Shown: piece by piece, positions 13,000 through 25,800 of the stretch | Layout of the letters: the number at the start of each line of letters is the position of its first letter | How positions within the stretch are numbered: the stretch's first letter is position 1 | Assembly (NCBI GenBank): GCA_032718475.1 | Contig: JAUCBJ010002610.1 | Coordinates: forward strand, 15,782-79,781 | Source of the DNA: Nemertoderma westbladi | Taxonomy: Eukaryota; Animalia; Xenacoelomorpha | DNA: 64,000 bases | Direction of reading: 5' to 3' | Position numbers and translations under genes: made by a program | The notes under the pieces: model-generated | Told to the model about the DNA's origin: nothing | The model's input: only the letters and a program-made list of their open reading frames with translations | Database searches by the model: none

Positions 13000-13290
13000 G
13001 TTCCTTCCCCGCATTGTCCCAATCCATCCAAATGCTGTCCCAGGTTACCACCACATTGTCCAGCCCCTTCTCACTCAATGTCCCAGTCCATCCCCATGCT
13101 GTCCCATGTTACTTCCACATTGTCCAGTCCCTTCCCCGCATTGTCTCAGTCACTCCCCATGCTGTCCCCGGGTACTCCAACGGCGCTCCCACCCACTCCC
13201 ATGGTGTCCCTGTCCAATCCCTTCCCCGCATTGTCCCAGTCCAGTCCCCAGGGGTCGCGAGTTGGTTCCACAGTGCCCCCACACCCAGGG
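13000..13290. repeat. Degenerate low-complexity repeat (CATTGTCCCAGTCCCTTCCCCG-like)
   Basis: Recurrent TTGTCCC / TCCCCGCA / CCATGCTGTCCC motifs directly 5' of the LINE fragment. Confidence 0.7.
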
Positions 13291-13299
13291 ATCATCATC

Positions 13300-14870
13300 G
13301 ACTCAGTGCTGGTACGCGGACGACGCCTCGGCGGCAGGGAGTCTGCGTGGAGTTGCACAGTGTTGGTCCGACCTGCAGCTAAAAGGTTCCCAAATCGGCT
13401 ACTTCCCCGAACCGACCAAAACTTACCTGGTAATAAAGCCAGGGCTGGAGGCAGAAGCCCGGGAAAGGTTCGATGGGAGTGGCGTCCAGATAGTCTCCGG
13501 ACACCGGTTCCTGGGGGGATATATCGGCGATGCCGAGGGACGGAAGCAGTTTGTGTCGGACAAGGTTGCGGGGTGGGTGGGACATATAGACAAACTCTCG
13601 GAGGTTGCCATGGAGTACCCCCAGACTGCTCACACAGGGATGTCCAAGTGTGTGCAGGCTGAATGGGACTTTCTAATGCGGGTAGTCCCAACGGATGTTG
13701 AGGATTTCGCTCCTATCCGGACCGCGCTGCTGCGTCAGTATATCCCCTCCCTGTTCGGTATCCCATTGGGCCCCTCGGACGAGGACTTGGTCCTCCTGCC
13801 TGTTCGCCATGGTGGGATCGGGTTGCAGGACCCCCTAATGCGGTTTGGCCATGCCCGTGCTGCGTCCACCGAGGGGACTTCTCTTGTGGTTGAAGCAATC
13901 CAGTCTGGTCTGCCGCTTCACGTGGCCGACCACACTGTGCGGCTGCGTAAAGTCCTCACCGAGTCGCGGGCCACCCAGGATACCGCGTATAAGGAGAAAC
14001 TGGAGGCCGCACTAGGGGCGCTACCAGCCGAGCGTCGGCGAACCGCGGAGCGGACGACGCGGAACAAGACGCGGGGGGCTGGTTATCGGCCCAGCCGTCT
14101 GTGCTGGACAACACAGACTTGGGGCCTGACGAGTTCCGGGACAACCTCGCCCTTCGTTATGGTCTCACCCCACCCCGCCGGGTCTACCAGTTAAGTGCGA
14201 GGGGCGCGGGGGCCCATTCAGCACCTCCCACGCACTGAGCTGCAAATCCGGGGGCCTAATCATCAAACGTCATGACGAGGTTGGCCAGGTGTTTGGCGAC
14301 CTCTTGGCCTCGGCTTTCGGCCAGTCAAGTGTCGAGCGTGAGGTGACCCTCTCCCAAGGACACATCGACAGACAGGGGCGGGAGATCGGGGGGGTAAGGG
14401 CAGACCTGGTTGCCCGGGGGGTCTGGACCAACCAACGAGTGGCGTCGTTTGACATTGCGATAATCAACGCTGACGCCACCTCGTACGTCCAGGCCAACCG
14501 GTCGACCGAGTCCCTCTTGGAGCAGCGGGCCCGGCTGAAACACGCCCATTACCGGACCGTCTGTGAAGACCGGAGGATGTCCTTTACCCCACTGGTCGGT
14601 ACAACCGACGGCGTATGGTGCAATGAGGCAGAGATTCTCATTCGCCATCTGGCCGAGACCCTTGTCTCGAGACAAGCTGGGATGGCCGAGAGGGGCCTTG
14701 CCTGTGTGCAGGGTGGAGTTCGCCGGAGGATTCAATTCGCCCTCCTCCGATCGAATTCTCTCTGCCTCAGAGGTGGTCGACGGTCTTGGCGCGGGTCGGG
14801 CTTTGGGGATGGGGCAGGTCTGCGGGGGTTCGATCTGACTTGGCTACCCAATACTGAGTTTTATTGTCCT
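13300..14870 (+). mobile_element. 5'-truncated, frameshifted CRE-clade non-LTR retrotransposon (RT C-terminal half, CCHC, restriction-like endonuclease)
   Basis: RT motif QCWYADDASAAG and GYFPEPTKTYLV, LLPVRHGGIGL; after frameshifts near 14070 and 14175: WLSAQPS...EFRDNLALRYG, KCEGRG..FSTSHALSCKSGGLIIKRHDEV, RADLVARGVW...FDIAIINAD, FTPLVGTTDG. Confidence 0.82.
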
Positions 14871-15789
14871 CGTCCTGCCAACGTGTGTATAACATTGTAT
14901 GTATAGTTATACAGTAGGTTTGTTAACTGATACTAGCCATTGTGCGCTATAATTTGATCAAAATATATTATATTGATAATTCATATCGATTGATCAATAC
15001 ATACGAAAATAAAAATGGGACTACCAATGTTTAAGACCATACTTTTTCAGCTTTTTACAAGCCAAGTTCTTCTGCTCAGAAGCATACTCAGTACTCACCC
15101 TCATTGAAGATGTAGACTTTTAGTTCTAGTGATGGTAAGTGACGCATTCTGGTCTCATTGGATCCCCAGAATGCATTGCGATGATGACCACAAGGCCTTG
15201 GCTTGCAATAGGTAATATAATATAGACCGTAACTGCAGTAATGAGTTACTCTTACTTAACAGATCGATTTCTTCCTATATAGTCCAATTAAATAGACCAC
15301 TGCGCTGCCGTGTTAAGGCAAAACACCCTATCTTGAGAAATGTCATTTTGAGAAAATCACGATTTAGTTTGATAGATTGTCCACGCTTAGAATATTTGAT
15401 ACGTAACTCAGCAATGGTCCCCAAGGTGGTAAAAAATGCGCAGAATTTTTGTGGTATATACCTAGAAGTACTTTAAACACTAGATGGCGCCAAAATAATA
15501 GGTAGGGTGTTTTGCCAAAAATATTTTTGATAGAATCCGACCTGTCATTACCCTATCTCACACATAGGGTATTATTTGATAGATAGGGTAAATATGTTAT
15601 TGAACTAATAGTACTGTGGTGTTACACACAATTTGAGACAATTTATTTTCTTAATAACTCAGTTCCATTTAAAGCAAATTTATTCTTCAAGGCGACATAT
15701 GAAAGCCAGATTATTAATTAAAACAGTTAAAACAATTAATATACAACCAGTAAATTAGACAAATGTTTCTTGACTAATGTATTTGTGAG

Positions 15790-18700
15790 TTAGTTATCTT
15801 TACTGCGGCTCAGCTCGTTCCAAAACTTCATTCTATTCGGAGGAATAATCGATCCTAGACGTCGTATTAATTCTTCTAGTCTGTCAGCAGGTACACCTTT
15901 AGGTTCCTTTAAGAAATTGGGAACTAGGAAGCTTGCGTTTCTCTTCATAATATCACCTGCTACTATCCAATTAGCATCACTGTTGTAGTTCACCTTATAC
16001 TTCATCAAACGTAAACCTTTCTCGAATCGCAATGCTACAATTGACTTTAATAGCGGAAACGTACCCATTTCTCGACACTTGTTAAGTTTATAAGTAGAAG
16101 TTTCATTGGTCCAATCGTGAACGTCACTGTGGTTGACAATCATCACCTCTGATTTATAATTGGCGGCTTTCTTAACACACTTAGCAAAGTCTTGGAAATC
16201 GTAAACTTTCTTCATAGCCTTTATTTCTTTATTGACAAGTCTATGCAGGTTGTCTGCAGACATGGAAGAGTGGTGTGGCTCGAAATACCATAATTCGACA
16301 GCATCCTGTCCCATGAATTGAATCAATGTAAGAAGGCATGAGAAGAGTGTGTAATTTTTGTTTTGGGCTCCGCAATTGTCCAACCAAATCTTCACCAACT
16401 TCTTATCGCGCACTGAATTCAGAAAATAAAAGAATGTGGAAGCTATATCTTCGTCGTTACGACCATGTTCCCCATCGTGCCATATGGCGCAAAATACATC
16501 CTCATTAATTCGGTGCTTTCCGAGGGGAACGAAAGATTCGTGAAAAGCCACGATTCGCCGCAGGAACTGTACATCTTTAAACATCTCAAGTACAGGCAAC
16601 ATTATTACTTTCTGTAAATCAGCAGAAACTATGGTCATTGATTCATCCCTTTGTATCTCAGCATCCCTCTGATAGCAATCCCTGGAGCGCTGGAGGCAAC
16701 GGCACGGTCACAATGGGCTTGATGTTCAGCACAAATATCACATACAGATCCTTCAGAACTCGTGGCTGCAGTTGATGCACATGCATGTAGAGAATATGCT
16801 TCGCATTTAATACATTCTTCATGTCCCAATTGTGCGAAAGATATATTCATAGATCTGAATACTTGACAGTATTTTTGGTATTCAACAGGATGTTCGGGGT
16901 GCTTCATATTGCAATCTTCATTAAGGGCAACTAATGTAAATTCCGAAGGTAAGTATCGTCTATTTGGTGCATGCTCATATCGATAATGAGCTATTTCAGG
17001 CTGGTATGATTCTATATGCGCTTTAATAGGGGCATCAGAAATTTTATTGGCGGGTTCGTGTCGGCCGCGGGTATCTTTATGAGGAACTACATCGCTTACA
17101 GATCCCCTCAATGCCGTCTTTATTGGTTGATTGTTACTTGCTTTATACCCCAGTGTTGTCAAAATAAATTTTTGACAAACTTGACTCCGATCACCAGCTT
17201 CACTTGTGAGAAAATATTTACAAATCTTCTTTTTACGTTTTTGTGTAGCTGGAATAGATTGTTCTATTGAAGATAGCAGAAATTGGTTTCTTTGACTAGG
17301 TCCCATTGACCAAAAACTATCTCTTAAATACTGACGTCGATCTTCCCCAATACTTAATTTGCAACGAAGTTGACACATCACTACATACCGATGCTTTAAT
17401 TATATGTATCTCTCCTTTCCTTAACATTTGTTCTTTCTCCGTTCTCGCCCGAGGCTTTATAGGTGGTCTTTGACGTTTCTTCTTGTTCACTGGACGTATT
17501 TGATCTTCAGCAGATGCATCAGTAGTGTCTTCGGTAGTATCCTCAGAAACATTACCTGACAGTGGAAGCCATTCCTCTTCTATATCTTCCTCAGAGCTAT
17601 TGGACTGAATTTGGTTGGTGTTTGTCTCTATTTCAGGTGACATTTGGCCGTGACTCGGAACATTTAAAGATGGTCTGATTTCTATATCGAGCATCTCCAC
17701 ATTATCTGTATTACTGGTATAATAAAATAAACTATTCAGTATATCTTCAGCACTTTCCAAGTTACTCTGGGTCGTTCCAAGTTCGACCGATTCACCCTGC
17801 ACCGTTCCAAGTTCGACCGATTCACCCTGCACCGTTTCAAGTTCGACCGATTCACCCTGCACCGTTCCAAGTTCGACCGATTCACCCTGCACCGTTCCAA
17901 GTTCGACTGAGTCACCCTGGGCCGTTCCAACTTCGACCGAGTCACCCTGGGCCATTCCGAGTTCGACCGAATCACCCTGGGCCATTCTAAGTTCGACCGA
18001 GTCACCCTGGGCCATTCCGAGTTCGACCGAATCACCCTGGGCCGTTCCAACTTCGACCAAATCACCCTGGGCCATCCCAAGTTCGACCGAATCACCCTGG
18101 GCCGTTCCAACTTCGACCAAATCACCCTGGGCCATCCCAAGTTCGACCGAGTCACCCTGGGCCATTCCGAGTTCGACCGAATCACCCTGGGCCATTCTAA
18201 GTTCGACCGAGTCACCCTGGGCCATTCCAAGTTCGACTGAGTCACCCTGGGCCATTCCGAGTTCGACCAAGTCACCCTGGGCCATTCCAAGTTCGACCGA
18301 TTCACCCTGCACCGTTTCAAGTTCGACCGATTCACCCTGCACCGTTCCAAGTTCGACTGAGTCACCCTGGGCCGTTCCAAGTTCGACCGAATCACCCTGG
18401 GCCATTCCAAGTTCGACCGAGTCACCCTGTGCCATTCCAAGTTCGACCGAGTCAGCCTGGAGCGTTTCGACCGAGTCACCCTGGGCCATTCCGAGTTCGA
18501 CCGAGTCACCCTGGGCCATTCCGAGTTCACCCTGGGCCATTCTGAGTTCGACCGAATCACCCTGGGCCATTCCAAGTTCGACTGAGTCACCCTGGGCCAT
18601 TCCAAGTTCGACCGAGTCACCCTGGGCCATTCCAAGTTCGACCGAGTCAGCCTGGAGCGTTTCGACCGAGTCACCCTGGGCCATTCCGAGTTCGACCGAG

Positions 18701-18837
18701 TCACCCTGGGCCATCCTTTTGGGGTAGGATCTTGTAACTGGTATGTTCCTTTTTTTCCTTCTCCTGTGCCGATTTGACTCAAATCCCATAAAAACTTCCC
18801 CATCATCGTCGTCACTCTCGTTGTGCTCAAAATACAT
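15790..18837 (-). pseudogene. Sola-type DDD transposase in three frames
   Basis: ORFs 17317-18837, 16635-17381 and 15790-16638. Motifs VCQKFILTTLG, DTRGRH, HYRYEHAPNRRYLP, ECIKC, SADLQKVIMLP (D1), WLDNCGAQNKN (D2), HSSMSADNLH (D3). Frame breaks near 17385 and 16690. Confidence 0.82.
17760..18715 (-). repeat. 30-bp coding tandem repeat (~32 units) encoding ELGMAQGDSV in the transposase N-terminus
   Basis: Unit on + strand GTCACCCTGGGCCATTCCAAGTTCGACCGA; in frame in ORF 17317-18837. Confidence 0.95.
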
Positions 18838-19848
18838 GCTGAATAAACTCCGACTTTAAAACTATAATATATTTATATATAACTATTTATACCATAACCA
18901 TAAATACTATTAATTTAGTTTAAAGCTAATAATATGCTTTGATATTATGGCATTTTATTCTAGGTCTAGTTCATTGACGGTGTTTGCAAATTTGTGCTCG
19001 CTTCGCTAGCGTTATTCGTTCTATTTGACCTACTCTATTACCTACATCTATACGTTATTACGCCGAAAATTTGTGTCGGTGAAGCACAGATTTTTTGCTT
19101 AGGTCAAGTGTTGAAGAGCAATTCCAGGGCAGTATGCCATAATTTGAAATCTGGCAAAATACCCTATCTATACCAAAAGGGTGTTGTTCATTTCAAATTT
19201 CCCTCTTTATGTACTTAGTTCGAAATTACAGTCATTATGAGGCTCAATATTATAACTATTATAATGGCATTGACAGCGGCGACCTTATTCTTTCCTTAGA
19301 CTCCGTTAACCCTATATTAAGATGTAAATACCCTATCTCATTTATATTGATATAGGTTATTGTAAAATGCCCAAATATTTTTAGGCAATATACCCTATCT
19401 GTTCCAGCTCGCGATAGGGTGTTTTGCCTTAACATAAAGGACAAATAGGTGTTTTATAGGGTATTTTGCCACCTGAAAACTCTATTTTGCGCTCTGAAAC
19501 AGCCTTATCGTTCTATACTGTTAGATAGAGCGTAAAATTTTATGTGGATTTGTAAAATAAAAAAAAATTTATATTTTTTGAGATAGGGTGTTTTGCCTTA
19601 ACACGGCAGTGCGGTTCCAATGAGATAAAAGAAACCGCAGATACACGACACAAAGTAAAAGCTTACCTACACTACTAAGAATTAAGTACAGTTCGATAAC
19701 ATCGCAAAACATTATAATATTTAATATTTTTAATTGTTAATAATAAATTTAAGAAAATAACACGCATCTCAGTCTCACAAATATTAACTTTTTTTTTACA
19801 GTTTTAGTCTTACCTACCGGCTACCCCCACTAAATCAAATCTGAATAT

Positions 19849-22800
19849 GTTACTAACTCACCCTCCTATCCCTCTAGGAACCCAAATCAGTTAGTAACTC
19901 ACTCTCGTATCCCTCTAGGTACCCAAATCAGTTAGTAACTCACCCTCATATCTCTTTAGGAACCCAAATCAGTTAATAACTCACCCTCGTATCTCTCTAG
20001 GAACCCAAATCAGTTACTAACTCACCCTCCTATCCCTCTAGGAACCCAAATCAGTTACTAACTCACCCTCCTATCCCTCTAGGAACCCAAATAAGTTAGT
20101 TACTCACCCTCCTATCTCTCTAGGAACCCAAATCAGTTAGTTACTCACCCTCCTATCTCTCTAGGAACCCAAATCAGTTAGTAACTCACCCTGTTATCTC
20201 TCTAAACCCAAATCAGTTACTAACTCACCCTCCTATCCCTCTAGGAACCCAAATCAGTTAGTAACTCACCCTCCTATCTCTCTAGGAACCCAAATCAGTT
20301 AGTAACTCACCCTGTTATCTCTCTAAACCCAAATCAGTTACTAACTCACCCTCCTATCCCTCTAGGAACCCAAATCAGTTAGTAACTCACCCTCCTATCC
20401 CTCTAGGAACCCAAACCAGTTAGTAACTCACCCTCCTATCTCTCTAGGAACCCAAACCAGTTAGTAACTCACCCTCCTATCTCTCTAGGAACCCAAATCA
20501 GTTAGTAACTCACCCTCCTATCTCTCTAGGAACCCAAATCAGTTAGTAACTCACCCTCCTATCCCTCTAGGAACCCAAACCAGTTAGTAACTCACCCTCC
20601 TATCTCTCTAGGAACCCAAATCAGTTAATAACTCACCCTCGTATCTCTCTAGGAACCCAAATCAGTTACTAACTCATCCTCCTATCCCTCTAGGAACCCA
20701 AACCAGTTAGTAACTCACCCTCCTATCTCTCTAGGAACCCAAATAAGTTAGTAACTCACCCTCCTATCTCTCTAGGAACCCAAATCAGTTAGTAACTCAC
20801 CCTCCTATCCCTCTAGGAACCCAAATCAGTTAGTAACTCACCCTCCTATCCCTCTAGGAACCCAAATCAGTTAGTAACTCACCCTCCTATCCCTCTAGGA
20901 ATCCAAATCAGTTAGTAACTCACCCTCCTATCTCTCTAGGAACCCAAATCAGTTAGTAACTCACCCTCATATCTCTCTAGGAACCCAAATCAGTTGTAGT
21001 AACTCACCCTCATATCTCTCTAGGAACCCAAATAAGTTAGTAACTCACCCTCCTATCCCTCTAAGCACCCAAATCAGTTAGTAACTCACCCTCATATCTC
21101 TCTAGGAACCCAAATCAGTTGTAGTAACTCACCCTCATATCTCTCTAGGAACCCAAATAAGTTAGTAACTCACCCTCCTATCTCTCTAGGAACCCAAATA
21201 AGTTAGTAACTCACCCTCCTATCTCTCTAGGAACCCAAATCAGTTGTAGTAACTCACCCTCATATCACTCTAGGAACCCAAATCAGTTAGTAACTCACCC
21301 TCCTATCCCTCTAGGAATCCAAATCAGTTAGTAACTCACCCTCCTATCTCTCTAGGAACCCAAATCAGTTAGTAACTCACCCTCATATCTCTCTAGGAAC
21401 CCAAATCAGTTGTAGTAACTCACCCTCATATCTCTCTAGGAACCCAAATAAGTTAGTAACTCACCCTCCTATCCCTCTAAGCACCCAAATCAGTTAGTAA
21501 CTCACCCTCATATCTCTCTAGGAACCCAAATCAGTTGTAGTAACTCACCCTCATATCTCTCTAGGAACCCAAATAAGTTAGTAACTCACCCTCCTATCTC
21601 TCTAGGAACCCAAATAAGTTAGTAACTCACCCTCCTATCTCTCTAGGAACCCAAATCAGTTGTAGTAACTCACCCTCATATCTCTCTAGGAACCCAAATC
21701 AGTTAGTTACTCACCCTCCTATCTCTCTAGGAACCCAAATAAGTTAGTAACTCACCCTCCTATCTCTCTAGGAACCCAAATCAGTTGTAGTAACTCACCC
21801 TCATATCTCTCTAGGAACCCAAATAAGTTAGTAACTCACCCTCCTATCCCTCTAGGAACCCAAACCAGTTATAGTAACTCACCCTCCTATCTCTCTAGGA
21901 ACCCAAATCAGTTAGTAACTCACCCTATTATCTCTCTAGGAACCCAAATAAGTTAGTAACTCACCCTCCTATCTCTCTAGGAACCCAAATCAGTTGTAGT
22001 AACTCACCCTCATATCTCTCTAGGAACCCAAATCAGTTACTAACTCACCCTCCTATCCCTCTAGGAACCCAAATCAGTTACTAACTCACCCTCCTATCCC
22101 TCTAGGAACCCAAATAAGTTAGTAACTCACCCTCATATCTCTCTAGGAACCCAAATAAGTTAGTAACTCACCCTCCTATCTCTCTAGGAACCCAAATCAG
22201 TTACTAACTCACCCTCCTATCCCTCTAGGAACCCAAATCAGTTACTAACTCACCCTCCTATCCCTCTAGGAACCCAAATCAGTTAGTAACTCACCCTCCT
22301 ATCCCTCTAGGAACCCAAATCAGTTAGTAACTCACCCTCCTATCCCTCTAAGCACCCAAATCAGTTAGTAACTCACCCTCATATCTCTCTAGGAACCCAA
22401 ATCAGTTGTAGTAACTCACCCTCATATCTCTCTAGGAACCCAAATAAGTTAGTAACTCACCCTCCTATCTCTCTAGGAACCCAAATAAGTTAGTAACTCA
22501 CCCTCCTATCTCTCTAGGAACCCAAATCAGTTGTAGTAACTCACCCTCATATCTCTCTAGGAACCCAAATAAGTTAGTAACTCACCCTCCTATCTCTCTA
22601 GGAACCCAAATCAGTTACTAACTCACCCTCCTATCCCTCTAGGAACCCAAATCAGTTAGTAACTCACCCTCATATCTCTCTAGGAACCCAAATCAGTTGT
22701 AGTAACTCACCCTCATATCTCTCTAGGAACCCAAATAAGTTAGTAACTCACCCTCCTATCTCTCTAGGAACCCAAATCAGTTACTAACTCACCCTCCTAT

Positions 22801-25800
22801 CCCTCTAGGAACCCAAATCAGTTAGTAACTCACCCTCCTATCCCTCTAGGAACCCAAATCAGTTAGTAACTCACCCTCCTATCCCTCTAAGCACCCAAAT
22901 CAGTTAGTAACTCACCCTCATATCTCTCTAGGAACCCAAATCAGTTGTAGTAACTCACCCTCATATCTCTCTAGGAACCCAAATAAGTTAGTAACTCACC
23001 CTCCTATCTCTCTAGGAACCCAAATAAGTTAGTAACTCACCCTCCTATCCCTCTAAGCACCCAAATCAGTTAGTAACTCACCCTCATATCTCTCTAGGAA
23101 CCCAAATCAGTTGTAGTAACTCACCCTCATATCTCTCTAGGAACCCAAATAAGTTAGTAACTCACCCTCCTATCTCTCTAGGAACCCAAATAAGTTAGTA
23201 ACTCACCCTCATATCTCTCTAGGAACCCAAATCAGTTGTAGTAACTCACCCTCATATCTCTCTAGGAACCCAAATAAGTTAGTAACTCACCCTCCTATCT
23301 CTCTAGGAACCCAAATAAGTTAGTAACTCACCCTCCTATCTCTCTAGGAACCCAAATAAGTTAGTAACTCACCCTCCTATCTCTCTAGGAACCCAAATCA
23401 GTTAGTAATTCAACCTCCTATCTCTCTAGGAACCCAAATCAGTTAGTAACTCACCCTCCTATCCCTCTAGGAACCCAAATCAGTTAGTAACTCACCCTCA
23501 TATCTCTTTAGGAACCCAAATCAGTTAGTAACTCACCTTCATATCTCTCTAGGAACCCAAATCAGTTAGTTACTCACCCTATCTCTCTAGAACCCAAATA
23601 AGTTAGTAACTCACCCTCATATCTCTCTAGGGACCCAAATAAGTTAGTAACTCACCCTCATATCTCTCTAGGAACCCAAATCAGTTAGTTACTCACCCTC
23701 CTATCTCTCTAGGAACCCAACTAAGTTAGTAACTCACCCTCATATCTCTCTAGGAACCCAAATAAGTTAGTAACTCGCCCTCATATCTCTCTAGTAACCC
23801 AAATAAGTTAGTAACTCACCCTCCTATCTCTCTAGGAACCCAAATCAGTTAGTTACTCACCCTCCTATCCCTCTAGGAACCCAAATCAGTTAGTAACTCA
23901 CCCTCCTATCTCTCTAGGAACCCAACTAAGTTAGTAACTCACCCTCATATCTCTCTAGGAACCCAAATCAGTTAGTTACTCACCCTCCTATCTCTCTAGG
24001 AACCCAAATAAGTTAGTAACTCACCCTCATATCTCTCTAGGAACCCAAATCAGTTAGTTACTCACCCTCCTATCTCTCTAGGAACCCAAATAAGTTAGTA
24101 ACTCACCCTCATATCTCTCTAGGAACCCAAATCAGTTAGTTACTCACCCTCCTATCTCTCTAGGAACCCAAATAAGTTAGTAACTCACCCTCCTATCTCT
24201 CTAGGAACCCAAATCAGTTAGTAACTCACCCTCGTATCTCTCTAGGAACCCAAATCAGTTAGTTACTCACCCTCCTATCTCTCTAGGAACCCAAATAAGT
24301 TAGTAACTCACCCTCATATCTCTCTAGGAACCCAAATCAGTTAGTTACTCACCCTCCTATCTCTCTAGGAACCCAAATAAGTTAGTAACTCACCCTCATA
24401 TCTCTCTAGGAACCCAAATCAGTTAGTAACTCACCTTCATATCTCTCTAGGAACCCAAATAAGTTAGTAACTCACCCTCATATCTCTCTAGGAACCCAAA
24501 TCAGTTAGTTACTCACCCTCCTATCTCTCTAGGAACCCAAATAAGTTAGTAACTCACCCTCATATCTCTCTAGGAACCCAAATCAGTTAGTTACTCACCC
24601 TCCTATCTCTCTAGGAACCCAAATAAGTTAGTAACTCACCCTCCTATCTCTCTAGGAACCCAAATAAGTTAGTAACTCACCCTCATATCTCTCTAGGAAC
24701 CCAAATCAGTTAGTTACTCACCCTCCTATCTCTCTAGGAACCCAAATAAGTTAGTAACTCACCCTCATATCTCTCTAGGAACCCAAATCAGTTAGTTACT
24801 CACCCTCCTATCTCTCTAGGAACCCAAATAAGTTAGTAACTCACCCTCATAGCTCTCTAGGAACCCAAATCAGTTAGTTACTCACCCTCCTATCTCTCTA
24901 GGAACCCAAATAAGTTAGTAACTCACCCTCATATCTCTCTAGGAACCCAAATCAGTTAGTTACTCACCCTCCTATCTCTCTAGGAACCCAAATAAGTTAG
25001 TAACTCACCCTCCTATCTCTCTAGGAACCCAAATAAGTTAGTAACTCACCCTCATATCTCTCTAGGAACCCAAATCAGTTAGTTACTCACCCTCCTATCT
25101 CTCTAGGAACCCAAATAAGTTAGTAACTCACCCTCATATCTCTCTAGGAACCCAAATCAGTTAGTTACTCACCCTCCTATCTCTCTAGGAACCCAAATAA
25201 GTTAGTAACTCACCCTCATATCTCTCTAGGAACCCAAATCAGTTAGTTACTCACCCTCCTATCTCTCTAGGAACCCAAATAAGTTAGTAACTCACCCTCA
25301 TATCTCTCTAGGAACCCAAATCAGTTAGTTACTCACCCTCCTATCTCTCTAGGAACCCAAATAAGTTAGTAACTCACCCTCATATCTCTCTAGGAATCCA
25401 AATAAGTTAGTAACTCACCCTCATATCTCTCTAGGAACCCAAATCAGTTAGTTACTCACCCTCCTATCTCTCTAGGAACCCAAATAAGTTAGTAACTCAC
25501 CCTCATATCTCTCTAGTAACCCAAATCAGTTAGTAACTCACCCTCGTATCTCTCTAGGAACCCAAATCAGTTAGTTACTCACCCTCCTATCTCTCTAGGA
25601 ACCCAAATAAGTTAGTAACTCACCCTCATATCTCTCTAGGAACCCAAATCAGTTAGTTACTCACCCTCATATCTCTCTAGGAACCCAAATCAGTTAGTTA
25701 CTCACCCTCCTATCTCTCTAGGAACCCAAATAAGTTAGTAACTCACCCTCATATCTCTCTAGGAACCCAAATCAGTTAGTTACTCACCCTCCTATCTCTC

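Larger units (their letters stand above)
15305..19609 (-). mobile_element. Sola-superfamily DNA transposon (probably Sola1), full length, transposase disrupted
   Basis: Perfect 29-bp TIRs CTGCCGTGTTAAGGCAAAACACCCTATCT (15305-15333 and 19581-19609); 4-bp TSD TGCG (15301-15304, 19610-19613); subterminal ACCCTATCT repeats; DDD-type transposase motifs inside. Confidence 0.85.
12791..19838. mobile_element. Putative older TIR element enclosing nested LINE and Sola insertions
   Basis: ~60-bp imperfect inverted repeats: 12791-12851 TTGATTTAGTGGGGGGCCGGT...ACTGTAAAAAAAAGTTAATAT vs reverse complement of 19781-19838. No TSD identified. Confidence 0.5.

Noticed and set aside
12875-13300. N-terminal part of the 439-aa ORF as a real protein
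   Set aside because: It translates a low-complexity repeat fused by chance to the truncated LINE RT.
17736-18830. 364-aa overlapping ORF with WPRVTRSNLE repeats
   Set aside because: Stop-free alternative frame of the 30-bp tandem repeat; no independent coding evidence.
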